50,550 bases of DNA from Tubiluchus corallicola (lineage: Eukaryota > Animalia > Priapulida). The stretch covers positions 1-50,550 of the forward strand of contig JAQGDQ010000857.1 of assembly GCA_030141605.1 (NCBI GenBank), read 5' to 3'. Position 1 is the first letter of the stretch; every line of letters starts with the position of its first letter. Positions 11,193-23,700 of this stretch are shown here, in pieces. Made by a program: the position numbers and the translations under genes. The notes under the pieces were generated by a model, which had not been told where the DNA came from, made no database searches, and saw only the letters and a list, made by a program, of their open reading frames with translations.

Positions 11193-13343
11193 CCTCTCTC
11201 TCTTGCCGCACGTGCGCCATTTGCCAGTATTGACAAGTATTAAGGATGGGTCTTGAGAATAAAGCAGTTTTTCTTTCAATTGTTCTTTCCTTTAACAACT
11301 GTATAACTCCATATTTTCTCTTCGAAAATGCTTCTCCGGCGTTGTAGCTGTTCAAAAATTTTCTGGGCGATAAACATCCCCCCATGGGGCCTCATACTTC
11401 CCCGGGCCTCGCCTAGGCTGAAATAGGCCCTGGCTTGGACCTTTCCAATACTTATAGTAAGAGTTTGCAGCATTTTGCATGGGTTCATAAAAAACTGCAC
11501 TCACTAAGCAATGATTGCATTATATTTGACAAATTTTGTGCATTTTTACTCCTCACACAATAGATTTTAATGCAAAATTATACATGAAATGCTTTGCTTA
11601 TCTTAGACAAATTAAAAATCGATTTTTGATGAAAAATTGAAAAAGCCTTCAGTAAGTACAGTGTTAGAAATCGGCTAGCAATAAAATTTCCATGCACTAT
11701 CCAGACAGGATACTCTTTGGCTTCAAGTCTACTCTATTTTTGTGGATAAATTCCTGTCAAAAATTGAAGCGACCTTAATTTGTCCTTGCTTGATTTTTTG
11801 GTTTTTCCTGGAATAGCAGCAGAACACTGCACAGCTTGGGCTGTCGTAAGCAGGCGATCAGTAAATTAGTGTGTACGATCACGCAAGTGTACACCAGACC
11901 AAGCTACTCAATAGGCTAAGTTAGAGTGACTGAAGAGGTCGTGTTTTTCTTAATTTATCCAATTAAATCACTTATAAATGTTTAAACAAATAGTATGATT
12001 GGATACCTTTGATTCTCCTGAATAGAACAGTCCCTAATTTGTAATCCCATAGAGAAAAGTCATGGATCTTATAAGACCTATTTTGAGTGGAGGGGTCCTG
12101 AAGTAGTGAAACAAAGTCTCAATCTACTGTCTTCCCATTAACAAATATTTTTTTTAAATTAAGCACCTTGTCAGCACTCAGTCAGGCTAACTATTGTTTA
12201 CCGGTAAAGCACCACAGATACAAAACTATGCTGAATGTTTGTGCATTATTGACTATAATGCACAGGGGTTTCTGCAGGGCTTTTTGCTTTGCTTGTTTTA
12301 CAGTAGTAAATGAGTCTTTGTGTGTTCAATAATAGGTCCACATTATGTAGTGCATATGTCACTCTGCAATAAGACATTAGCAAAGATGGGCGGGTATCAC
12401 TTTATCATTTATCCGCAAAAAATGTAGGAAAAAAATTAACTAGGCTTGCTAAGTGTGCCCTATTGTTAAAAACCGTTCCTTAATATGAAGTTAGGAGTTA
12501 TAATTGTGAATCAATAATAAATTACTAACCAGACCCCAATTTTGCTTGTAAACCTTCAACGGCGACATACACAGCACGATGTACGGGGTACATTACTCGA
12601 CCATTATCATGCTCATCACACCACACTACAAACCATAATGGGCTCGAATAAAAAGCTATAATATTTGTAATTAAGAGCAATGTTTTGCATCTAGAAGTTT
12701 CCAGGTAAAATATCGGGAGGAGCAAAAAAGTAAGAGGTGATGAGGAAGATAAACTAGTGATGAAAGGCGTTTAATGTGGCAACAAGCCCTTTAATGTGCA
12801 AGGGCATGCTTAACGAACTGAAATTGGGAGCACTTTTTGTGCAAACACTTGAGAATTTACTTTAAATAAGTGGCTTTGCATGTTGCAATTTCGAGTGAAA
12901 TCCGCGATTTAGGCAATAAAAATCCGCAGCCCTCATCCGCTCATAATATACTATCTGCGATCCGCCCATCTCTATACATTAGTGCTTATTGGTGAACCAT
13001 GCTCTACCAACTTTTTTAACAGAGTAATGTTCTAAAGTGGTGTGTAATTTCTGATCCGTCTGAGCAAACTGCTTCTACGTTTTTTTTGGTATGTACAAGC
13101 TAATTATGCAAATAACATAATCCTCATCTTTTCGCTATAGTTTATCCCTTTGAAAGGAACGAACACGCAGCAACTATCTTCCTGATTTCCCTAGTGTCCG
13201 GCACGTGGTGCGTACTCGTCTCCTTGGTGGTAGTTTCCGCTGTGATCATGTCTTATTGCAAGTATAAACATCGAGTCAGGGGAGAAGTGATACCAGAAGA
13301 ATTCAAGAACTACGAAGTCAGAAATGACCTCCACTTCATTTGA
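10450..13343 (+). CDS. Uncharacterised mucin-like single-pass type-I membrane glycoprotein (~235 aa, 2 coding exons)
   Basis: Exon 10450-10954 has its ATG just after tttcttccAG, a signal-peptide-like MKTRPFAICVLAVGLGLSKA, a T/Q/A-rich ectodomain with about 8 N-x-S/T sequons, and a phase-1 donor G|gtaaat. Exon 13141-13343 follows ttttcgctatAG and reads VYPFERNEHAATIFLISLVSGTWCVLVSLVVVSAVIMSYCKYKHRVRGEVIPEEFKNYEVRNDLHFI* (TM helix, basic stop-transfer, short tail). Confidence 0.8.
11036..11432. mobile_element. hAT-like MITE carrying an internal (TC)n tract
   Basis: Perfect 14-bp TIR cagggcctatttca / tgaaataggccctg, subterminal atacttccccggg(g)cctc motifs, and a TC run at ~11145-11202. The TSD is degenerate. 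Confidence 0.85.
12381..12974. mobile_element. hAT MITE
   Basis: TIR caaagatgggcgg / ccgcccatctcta with an 8-bp TSD gacattag / tacattag (7/8 match). Confidence 0.8.
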
Positions 13344-14314
13344 AGAACTATCGATTCCTTCCTGATATTGTATCTATGTAAACTGAAAATTAACGCAAGG
13401 TAGCAAATATGAGTGCATGTAGCGTCCATTGTAACTGTTCTTGTGTTCATTATATGAAATATAAACGCCGTTAGATTATTACCATAGCAATACAGGCTTT
13501 AGAAAAAGGGTCCAATGAAAAAGCAGCTAGGGTGTCTGGGGAACCACAGCTACCAGTGCATTTTAGACCATTTTTCTTACTATTTCCTCAAGCAAATTCA
13601 ATAGTTTAAAACTCATTATGTCACTTCAAACTTTTGACTCTTAATTACATACCAATATAATAGTACACACCCCGTGTATAGCATATAATTGCGCACAGCG
13701 ATATCTTTGCCAAAAACTTCAATTATCACTTAAAGGGCACAAACGTTTTTACGCTGAAATCATTAATGCAGAACTTTTTACTCGATATAAGTCATTAAAA
13801 GCTACCACTAGACGTTCTAAAGCTTATAATCCAGAGAAGATATTCACTTGGGTTGCTGTAACTGCGACTATGAAAGGGACTTGGGGCTGGGCCTCAATCT
13901 GACACTAATTACTATCTCCGTCTGTAGGTGGCAGCACAAAAGGGTCATAACAATGCCAAGACACGTGGCATGTGTTGTGCACTGGATGCCCTCTTTTGAC
14001 GACTGGATGACGACAAATCCAGAAAGTAAAAGAAGGCATCGCAATTTATTGAAAACTGATAGTAGCTAATAAGATTCTAACTTCCTTGCTGGTGACCACA
14101 GTGTGTAATTTTTAATGTGAAAAATGATACATTTTTTATTTAAAATATTAGATTATTGCTATCTCCGCCTATTACTAGCAGTAATAATCTAACTAGATGC
14201 ATCGTTTATCTTTCAATTTTTGTCCAAAGATGGCGCCATAAATTTTACGCCCTCTTCAGCAGCTTGATAGCAGCACATGGTAAAAATTCTGATAGCCGAA
14301 ATTCCAGTTTGCTG

Positions 14315-14422
14315 AAAAATGCATTTTTTGCAAATATGGATACAACGTGCAATACTCATGGAAATTTTAAAAATGCATTTTTTGCAAATATGGATACAAC
14401 GTGCAATACTCATGGAAATTTT
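14315..14422. repeat. 54-bp tandem duplication
   Basis: aaaaatgcattttttgcaaatatggatacaacgtgcaatactcatggaaatttt occurs twice. Confidence 0.95.
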
Positions 14423-14754
14423 TCTGTTTTGCACTTTACAACTTAACTCAAGTTACAACATCAGCAACAGAGCAATTTGAACAAAATTCAGTCATTTTAT
14501 TGACAAACGAAATATACAATAAACTTATAGACTGAATAAATACATTCATAAATACAACTGTATGTGTAGCAGTAAAGTTACATAACAATCAAATGATTGA
14601 GCTAACTTAACATAATAATAAAATTACAAATCATTGTAATCTCAACATTCCGTATTACTGGCAAGGTGAAAGTATCCGAGTTTTGAGTCGAAATGTAAAC
14701 AGAGTTTTCTTACTGAACCAGAATAAATATAATTGACGAGTGATAAGCTATAAT

Positions 14755-15611
14755 GGCGCATTCAGACTAGCGAGTTTTCTGTCGAGAGTTTCCTCTATGA
14801 CAGCATACTCACAAGGGTGAATTGCTTTACGAGTTACTGTCAACAAGTTATTGCAAATTTTCCGACAATTGTTGCAATCCAACAGCTGCTGCGAGTTGAT
14901 TTATTGTCTAGTGTGAACACCTCGGTGAGCTACTCTCGACTCTTCTCACTGTGAATGAAGTAGTGAGTGTCAGCTCGCGCCTACTGTCATAGAGTAACTC
15001 TGGTTTGGTGTGTAGCCTGAATTTGCTTGAAAGTTACCTGGCGAGTTACTTGGTGAGTTTCTTGCAGCAAATAGAGAATTGAGTGTCAGCTCGTACTTAC
15101 TGTCATAGAGTGAGAGAGTAACTCGCAGCAAGTTTAGACCTGTAGTTTGAACATGCTTGAATGTTACTTGGCGAGTTTCTTGCAGCAAATAGACAATTGA
15201 GTGTCAGCTCACGCTTACCAGTGAGAAAGTAACTCGCAGCAAGTTTTGAGCTGTAGTTTGAACATGCTTAAATGTTACTTGGCGAGTTACTTTGGTGAGT
15301 TTCTTGCAGCAAATAGACACTTGAGTGTCAGCTCGCACTACTGAGAATGCTTGCGAGTTACTTGGCGAGTTATTTGGTGAGTTTCTTGCAGCAAATAGAC
15401 AATTGAGTGTCAGCTCACGCTTACCAGTGAGAAAGTAACTCGCAGCAAGTTTTGAGCTGTAGTTTGAACATGCTTAAATGTTACTTGGCGAGTTATTTGG
15501 TGAGTTTCTTGCAGCAAATAGACAATTGAGTGTCAGCTCGTGCTACTGAGAATGCTTTCGAGTTACTTGACGAATTTACTTTGTACGAAAACGCGCCAGT
15601 CTGAACTTGCT
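14755..15611. mobile_element. TIR element (Harbinger-like) with internal composite tandem repeats
   Basis: Imperfect TIR ggcgcattcagactagcgagtttt / aaaacgcgccagtctgaacttgc. The interior 14965-15570 consists of repeated gcgagttacttggtgagtttcttgcagcaaatagacaattgagtgtcagctc modules. Confidence 0.7.
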
Positions 15612-16119
15612 CGTTTTATGCAATAACACAACAGATTCAAGGACAACTTCACCTCGGGCAATTGCGATGACAATTACATCAACTTTAAGAATAAATTAGA
15701 ATGCAATAAACAGAAACGCGTCATTAACAATTATATACACACACGTCATATGTACAGCGTACACATAAACCGTAAATAGAATTATTATATTCTCATATTA
15801 AGACAGATATTGTCGCCATAAATCACAGCTTACTCGACTCTCACTCCAAGACAAACAACATTACTTAACACCAGACTGGCCAATGATAAATGAGGTCAAG
15901 AAACATATAAAGGTCAAGGCCATCTAGATATTTTGGTATTGCACTAAGGATTAAACGAGACATAGCAGAGTATGATGAATCAAGTTGTAATTTAATACAG
16001 CAGTTTTTTGAATTAAATAATATAGCAGATTATGCAGTAAACTTTAACAAATGAATGATTAACACTGCAAATTTGGACTACAAAAAGTTTTCAATATACC
16101 AGAAAAGAAAATTCAGATA

Positions 16120-16858
16120 TTAAAGGAAAACCGGACGATTGATTAGATTCAATCTCATTTTAATTTACTGTCCAAAATATGCATTTTCTTGCCTATCAAA
16201 GTTAACAATTGTTCCTTATATTTGAACAATTAGCTTAGAAAGTTAATTAATGGCAACCGAACACAGTAATCACTTACATCACAAACTAACCACAGTTTGT
16301 GCAATGGTAGGAATATTTCCTTGCGCATCAAGCGCGTTTGCATAAGTGACGACTGCTGTAAGACGCTGATGAGATGTCATGAAAGTTGGCTCAACATTGT
16401 GATGTCATGAAAGTGGGCTCTACATCGTGATGTCATGAAAGTGGGCTCTACATTGTGATGTCATGAAAGTGGGCTCTACATTGTGATGTCATGAAAATGG
16501 GTTCTACATTGTGATGTCATGAAAGTGGGCTCTACATTGTGATGTCATGAAAGTGGGCTCTACATTGTGATGTCATGAAAGTGGGCTCTAAATTGTGATG
16601 TCATGAAAGTGGGCTATACATCACACTGACATCACAGACGAATACTGCAGCTCATGATCATGCTTATCACGGTGCCGCACGTATTTACCGGCCACGCGCA
16701 TGTGACAAAAAGGTGCCATTGCCAGTCAACAAAATTTAACTATCCGAGGTAATTATTACTTAAACTAAGCTTTCGTTGGAAGCTGTTGCAGTTTTCAATA
16801 TTTTAGAGCATTCTTTATTCTGAACCAATGTCTACACAATCATCCGGTTTTCCTTCAA
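16120..16858 (+). mobile_element. Family B TTAA-type MITE, full length, with an internal 28-bp array
   Basis: TTAA-aggaaaaccggacgattg ... caatcatccggttttcct-TCAA. It contains about 9 copies of gatgtcatgaaagtgggctctacattgt at 16373-16621. Confidence 0.88.
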
Positions 16859-17760
16859 GGCCGAGGTAATCATGCTGAGCAGCAAACCTAACACATCAAA
16901 GATTTCTTCCATTGTGCTTTTTGTTCTTTTTTACATCAAAATGTGATTAAAGAATACGGCAGGCAGGAAACCACCAAAGGAATGGTGTAGAAGTACCTGG
17001 ACATCTGTTGTTTACAAACAACACCGTTTATGGAAGCACAAAATGATAAACGTGCAACAAAATTAACGCGAAATCATAAAGGTTTCTTTTTTGCAAGTCA
17101 CTGTTTAGTTCTGGGCAAAAAAAGCATTTACAAAATGGCTGAAGTGCGAAAGTTGCAGTCTTTGCAAAAAATATGCAGAATATACAGAACATTACAGAGA
17201 CGCGGCAAAGCATGAACTGCTTTCTGACGGTAATCACAGACATTCACACATCACAAGACAATGAACAATAAAATTGTTCTTTCGATTATAAGAATTTCTC
17301 GTTTAAAGTATGCCGTGCAGTAGTATGCTCGAGTCGCCTCCGAACTTCCAAACTAGCATTTTACACGAGTGGCAAAATCACTATGCATGTAGTACACCTG
17401 GAAATGTGCCACATAATGCTAGACTAAGCATAAACCAGTTCAGTGTGGATAGGCTTCAACCATGACGTAGTAGATTTTCTTTTCATTTGATGTGATTTGG
17501 CAAAATCTTTCTTTGTGTTTGTTACCAAATTACTTGGCTAAAATTGTTCATTAAATTTCACTAGAAAAAATGTTTCCTTTGGCAGAATTCGACTGAACAG
17601 TTGTTAGAGGTAAGGACGCTAAAATTGTCGAGCAATTTTAATCCTGAATTTGTCAAATATATTAGATACCTTTAAGCTTTCTACACACTGTTTACATGCA
17701 TGTATTAACAAATAAATCGATTGCACATATTGAAAATATTAAAAACTATTGCAGTAATTA

Positions 17761-20700
17761 TCATTCACACTTCTGAGCGCCAGACGCCTTTTCTGACTCG
17801 CGTAGATGGCGCTGCTTGCATAATCTCTTGTGATACGACTGTGCCATGCTGTTTACTATCGATAGGAGAAAGTACGCTATCATCACCATGACGACACGTT
17901 CGAAAACCCACTGCAGCCAATTAGCATCCTAGAAAAATCATCAAGTCAGAGTTAGTAGGTCGTTCAAGTTGTTTGCGCACCTTGAGTTTTTGGAATGAAT
18001 CTTTTTCTAATGTTGCAAGAATACGAGTAAACAGCGTATTGCAAGTTTCTGCAATTTGGGGCAATCCACATGTAACGGATATGAAGTTTAGGGTAGGTAG
18101 GAGACAGGAGACGTGATAACGCCATTGTGCCACAGGGTAAGTAAGTGATTTAGTCGTGATATGTGTGTTTGCAAATCAAAACCGTCCGTAAGATGGCATA
18201 GTTAAAACCACGTTATGATACTTCAAAGAAAAGTGCACCAAAATTTTGTTCAAATGTGAATTTTTTGTTTTTTAGAAAAACATAGACATAGAACATTTAT
18301 TTTCTCTAATTAGTTTGACATCAAGTTTTTTAAATATTAAGTAATTATAATCATGGAGCACAGCAGGTAGGTAGATGGTATTGGTAAATATATTGGAGTT
18401 TTATATTCTAGCATGAAATTATCAAGAAAATGTCCAAAAAATACTAAAAATCTAATTTTATAAACCCGTGCCCACTTTTCCGGTTAGAAATTAGTACTGC
18501 AATTGTAAAAAACTTGTATTTTCTAACTCCGATTGTAGCTAGTGGAAGCAGCCATTTTCCTTTTGGTTTTTTTTGTTGACAAGCCCAGATCTTTGTCAGG
18601 AAGAACCATCTACTGGATATAAACATAACTTGTGCTCTTGTAAAGTCCATAGCAACCACACCTTCGAATGGTTGCTAACTGTTTTGTACAAACGCGACAA
18701 AAAACAATGGCTGACTTTAACAATGAATTTCTCAAGGTTATGTTTTTCAGTGTGCAGCCTGCACCTCAACTTCAACGTGGATTATCTCAGCTTAGAAATA
18801 ACATAGAGTGATGAACTTGGTATCAAAATGATCCTCATGAAATGGAGATTCAGGATACGTGAATAACTAGAAAAGCTTAATTCCGACTTATGGACGATTT
18901 TGCTATGCAAGCACATGTATCGTTATCTGACTTCACGTTTTTTTCACATGTGCAAGCAGCAGCCGACACCACAAAAGCGAGACCATTTTGTGCTGATCCC
19001 AACATAAAACCATTTTTACTCAAAAAAGGGGATATCTTTATATGTGGATGGCTCCTATTGCTCAAAAACAGGGATGTTGTTATATGTGAATGGTCCCTAT
19101 ACTCAAAAACAGGGATATCGTTATATGTGGATGGCCCCTATACTCAAAAACAGGGATGTCGTTATACGTGAATGGTCCCTATGCTCAAAAAAGGGGATGT
19201 CGTTATATGTGGATGGCCCCTATGCTCAAAAAAGGGATATCGTTATATGTGGATGGCCCTATGCTCAAAAACACGGATATCATTATATGTGGATGGTCCC
19301 TATGCTCAAAAAAGGGGATGTCGTTATATGTGGATGGCCCCTGTTTCAAAAAAAGGGATATCATTATACGTGGATGGCCCCTATTTCAAAAAAGGGATAT
19401 CATTATACGTGGATGGCCCCTATTTCAAAAAAGGGATATCATTATACGTGGATGGCCCTATGCTCAAATACTCTTACTCTCGAAACACATAGCAGGTAGT
19501 TAAATTCCGCATAATTCATGCTGCTTCTTTTACTTTTTCAACAATATTAACAATTTCAATACAGCAGAGAAATTAAGTGAAACGTTAAGAGAAATTAAGC
19601 ACTTAAACTTTGACTCTTTGCAACTGCACGTGTGCACAATGAAATTGTGAAAAGGCCAATTGCTCACCGGATAACGGTGCTTTTCCGGTCGATGGTGCAA
19701 ATGCGCGTGTGCACAACGAAACTGTGAAAATGCCAATTGCTCACCGGATAACGGTGCTTTTCCGGTCGATGGTGCGAATGCGCGTGTGCACAATGAAATT
19801 GTGAAAATGCCAATTGCTCACCGGATAACAGTGCTTTTCCGGTCGATGGTGCGAATGCGCGTGTGCACAATAAAACTGTGAAAAAGCCAATTGGTCACCG
19901 GACAACGGTGCTTTTCCGGTCGATGGTGCAACTGCGCGTGTGCACAACGAAATTGTGAAAAGGCCAACTGGTCACCGGATAACTGTGCTTTTCCGGTCGA
20001 TGGTGCAACTGCGGGTGTGCACAACGAAATTGTGAAAAGGCCAATTGCTCACCGGATAACGGTGCTTTTCCGGTCGATGGTGCAACTTATCCTTCTGCTT
20101 CTGCAGATACTGTTTAAATGGAGCTTGAAGTCTCTTTCCATACCTTGGAACATAGCTGAAACAAAGTGAAAATACACTAACTGTACGCAACCGGAAACAT
20201 ACATTTTAGAAAATACTGTTTCCACGGTAACTGCACCGTTATGCTGCACTTTTTATTACACCTCTTGAACATCCGACTCTCGTAAAGATGGAAAAACCAG
20301 CAGGGGAATCAGGTTCATTCTGAACAAAGTCTGAAAATATAAGAGTTTCACACGGAGGCGTAGGAAGGGGGAGGGGGACAACTGCCACTGGGCGCAAGGG
20401 TGAGAAGGCGCAAAATTCCTCTACAGTTCAATGACTGTTAATTACTAATTACTAATCCGACATTAACAAAACAATTAACATAAGTTTTCAAACTACAACA
20501 AAACTGCCTAGGTAGAGATCATCACAACTGACTTAAATACTACCTACAGTTCAGAAAAAAGGCTAATGTTATTACTTAACGGCATGTGTAGGGTGTCGTG
20601 TGGCGTAGCATATCGATAATTTTGGGAGAAACAGCGACATTTCTGTAAATGCCGATTGCATTATTGTGAAAACCTGTAGTGTTCTGTATCTTTCGTAATC

Positions 20701-23700
20701 TTTGCATGTTTTAATGCTGGAGCTGAATGTTTAATGACTGTCGTGTTATGAGCAATTTATGCATAGAAAAGAGTTACTCTGCTGCAGTACCACAAATCAA
20801 ACTCCGGGTGATTCGTAGAAAAAAAATTGTTTACCTTTATCGTCGAAAAAGCAAAGCCGGGCTCACACAAAATTTGTCGCATCACCCACAAATGATCAAA
20901 ACATTAAAAGCGTAGGCCGCAAAAAGTTTTTTCGCCCCCTAGTGCCACAAGCACTTGCTACACAACTGGGTTCACATCATTTTAGACAAGACAAGCGCAA
21001 ACTGCAGGAAAAATTACTCGAATCGACAAAAATTCAAGTTATATTTACAACCAACACTAAGGAGATTTGTTAGCCATAAGTAAACAAAGTATTTCACACT
21101 GACTTACCCTATCCATGATACTAGTTTATCTACGTGATGTTCACTAAAAGTCACGATCACAAATAGCTTCTGAATGTGCATTTTGATCACGGCCTTGCCG
21201 ATTAGAGTCGCGCCAAAGAACGTCCAAAACGGGACCAGAAAGTGTCCGCAGGTGATCCCGGCGAGGTCAAACAGTGGATTGGGAATCTAGAAAAGACATT
21301 AATAATCAGTTTACTGAAAGAAAAGTCCAAAATGGGATCAGCAAGTGTCCGCACAAGATCACGGCGAGGTCAAAAAGTGGATTGGGAATCTAGAAAAGAG
21401 ATATTAATAATCAGTTTACCAAAAGAAAAATACCGGGAACATACATACCCCATACAGGCAAGCAAATTTTAACTTTCACGGTAAATTATGATTTTCCGCA
21501 AAACTCGTAAAACTCATTTTGGCGATGTCAAAAGCAGGCAGGGATGGATTACCTTATAGACTATATAGTATTTTGCATTGCTGAATAACTGATTTAACCT
21601 TAAATAAAATTTAGTCGCTCTACGTTATTTCTAAGCTGAGATAATCTACATTGAATTTGAGGTGCAGGCTACGCACTAAAAACATAATCTTGAGAAAATC
21701 ACTGTTAGCCATTGTTTTTTGTCGCGTCTTTACAAAACACTTAGCAACCGTACAAAAGTGTGGTTGCTATGGATTATAAACAAGCAAATTGAAGTTACGT
21801 TTAAATCCAGTAGATGGCTCTTCCTGACGAAGATTTGTTCTTGTCAACAGAAAAAACCTGAAGCATGATGGCTGCTTCCACGAGTTACAATCGGAGTTAG
21901 AAAATACACGTCTTTACCATTGCAGTACTAGTTTCCAGACGGAAAAGTGGGTATGGAATTATAAAATTAGATTTTTAGTATTTTTAGACATTTTCCTGAT
22001 AATTTGATGCCAGAATATCAGTCAAATATATTTTGCAAAAAATAAAAAATCGACATCTGACCAAATTTTTGGTGCATTCTACTTTAAAGCATCATAACAT
22101 AGTTTTAACGACTTACGGACGGTTTTGGTTTGCAAGCACACATATGATAACATGACAAAATGACAAAAAATGTGAAGAATTGACAGAACCATAACTATAA
22201 TCACATTCGTTAAGAAATTGAAATTCCAACGGCGGAGTTTTAGATGAGAAATTTCGATGACGTGTGTGTTAACTACAAGCCGAGTCTACAGCTCCTAAAA
22301 TATTGCTTACTGCAACATAGTAATACAAAGGCTATTGTTTTTGAAAGCATGTCACTAAATCCAAAGCAAGTTTTGTGACAATGTCAGATTCTCACAGCTT
22401 TTTCAACTAACGCGGTAGATTTTAAGGCTTTGAAAAGGCAGATTCTCACAGCTTGTTCAACTAACACTGTAGATTTCAAGGCTTTGTAAAGGCACATTCA
22501 CACAGCTTGTTCAGCTAACGCTGTAGATTTTAAGGCTTTGTAAAGGCAGATTCACACAGCTTGTTCAGCTTACGCGGTAGATTTTAAGGCTTTGTAAAGG
22601 CAAATACTCACAGCTTGTTCAGCTAACGCGGTAGATTTTAAGGCTTTGAAAAGGCAGATTCACACAGCTTGTTCAGCTTACGCGGTAGATTTCAAGGCTT
22701 TGTAAAGGCACATTCACACAGCTTTTTCAACTAACGCGGTAGATTTTAAGGCTTTGAAAAGGCAGATTCTCACAGCTTGTTCAGCTTACGCGGTAGATTT
22801 TAAGGCTTTGTAAAGGCACATTCACACAGCTTGTTCAGCTTACGCGGTAGATTTCAAGGCTTTGTAAAGGCACATTCACACAGCTTTTTCAACTAACGCG
22901 GTAGATTTTAAGGCTTTGAAAAGGCAGATTCTCACAGCTTGTTCAGCTAACGCTGTAGATTTTAAGGCTTTGTAAAGGCAGATTCACACAGCTTGTTCAG
23001 CTAACGCTGTAGATTTTAAGGCTTTGTAAAGGCAGATTCACACAGCTTGTTCAACTAACGCAGTAGATTTCAAGGCTTTGTAAAGGCAGATTCACACAGC
23101 TTGTTCAGCTTACGCGGTAGATTTTAAGGCTTTGTAAAGGCAAATACTCACAGCTTGTTCAGCTAACGCGGTAGATTTTAAGGCTTTGAAAAGGCAGATT
23201 CTCACAGCTTGTTCAACTAACGCGGTAGATTTTAAGGCTTTGTAAAGGCACATTCACACAGCTTGTTCAGCTAACGCTGTAGATTTTAAGGCTTTGTAAA
23301 GGCAGATGCACACAGCTTGTTCAGCTTACGCGGTAGATTTTAAGGCTTTGTAAAGGCACATTCACACAGCTTGTTCAACTAACGCGGTAGATTTTAAGGC
23401 TTTGTAAAGGCAGATTCACACAGCTTGTTCAACTAACGCGGTAGATTTCAAGGCTTTGTAAAGGCAGATTCATACAACTTGTTCAGCTAACACGGTAGAT
23501 TTTAAGGCTTTGTAAAGGCAAATACTCACAGCTTGTTCAGCTAACGCGGTAGATTTTAAGGCTTTGAAAAGGCAGATTCTCACAGCTTGTTCAACTAACG
23601 CGGTAGATTTTAAGGCTTTGTAAAGGCACATTCACACAGCTTGTTCAGCTAACGCTGTAGATTTTAAGGCTTTGTAAAGGCAGATTCACACAGCTTGTTC

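Noticed and set aside
11047-11500. ORFs with ERERER runs
   Set aside because: They derive from the (TC)n tract inside a hAT-like MITE.
14500-17760. miR-21-like hairpin downstream of VMP1, as in vertebrates
   Set aside because: I could not see the miR-21 mature sequence or a convincing pre-miRNA hairpin, and miR-21 is not expected in invertebrates. A folding scan was not possible.
18890-19503. Four overlapping ORFs of 93-151 aa
   Set aside because: They are products of the 41-bp minisatellite read in all three frames, antisense within a VMP1 intron.
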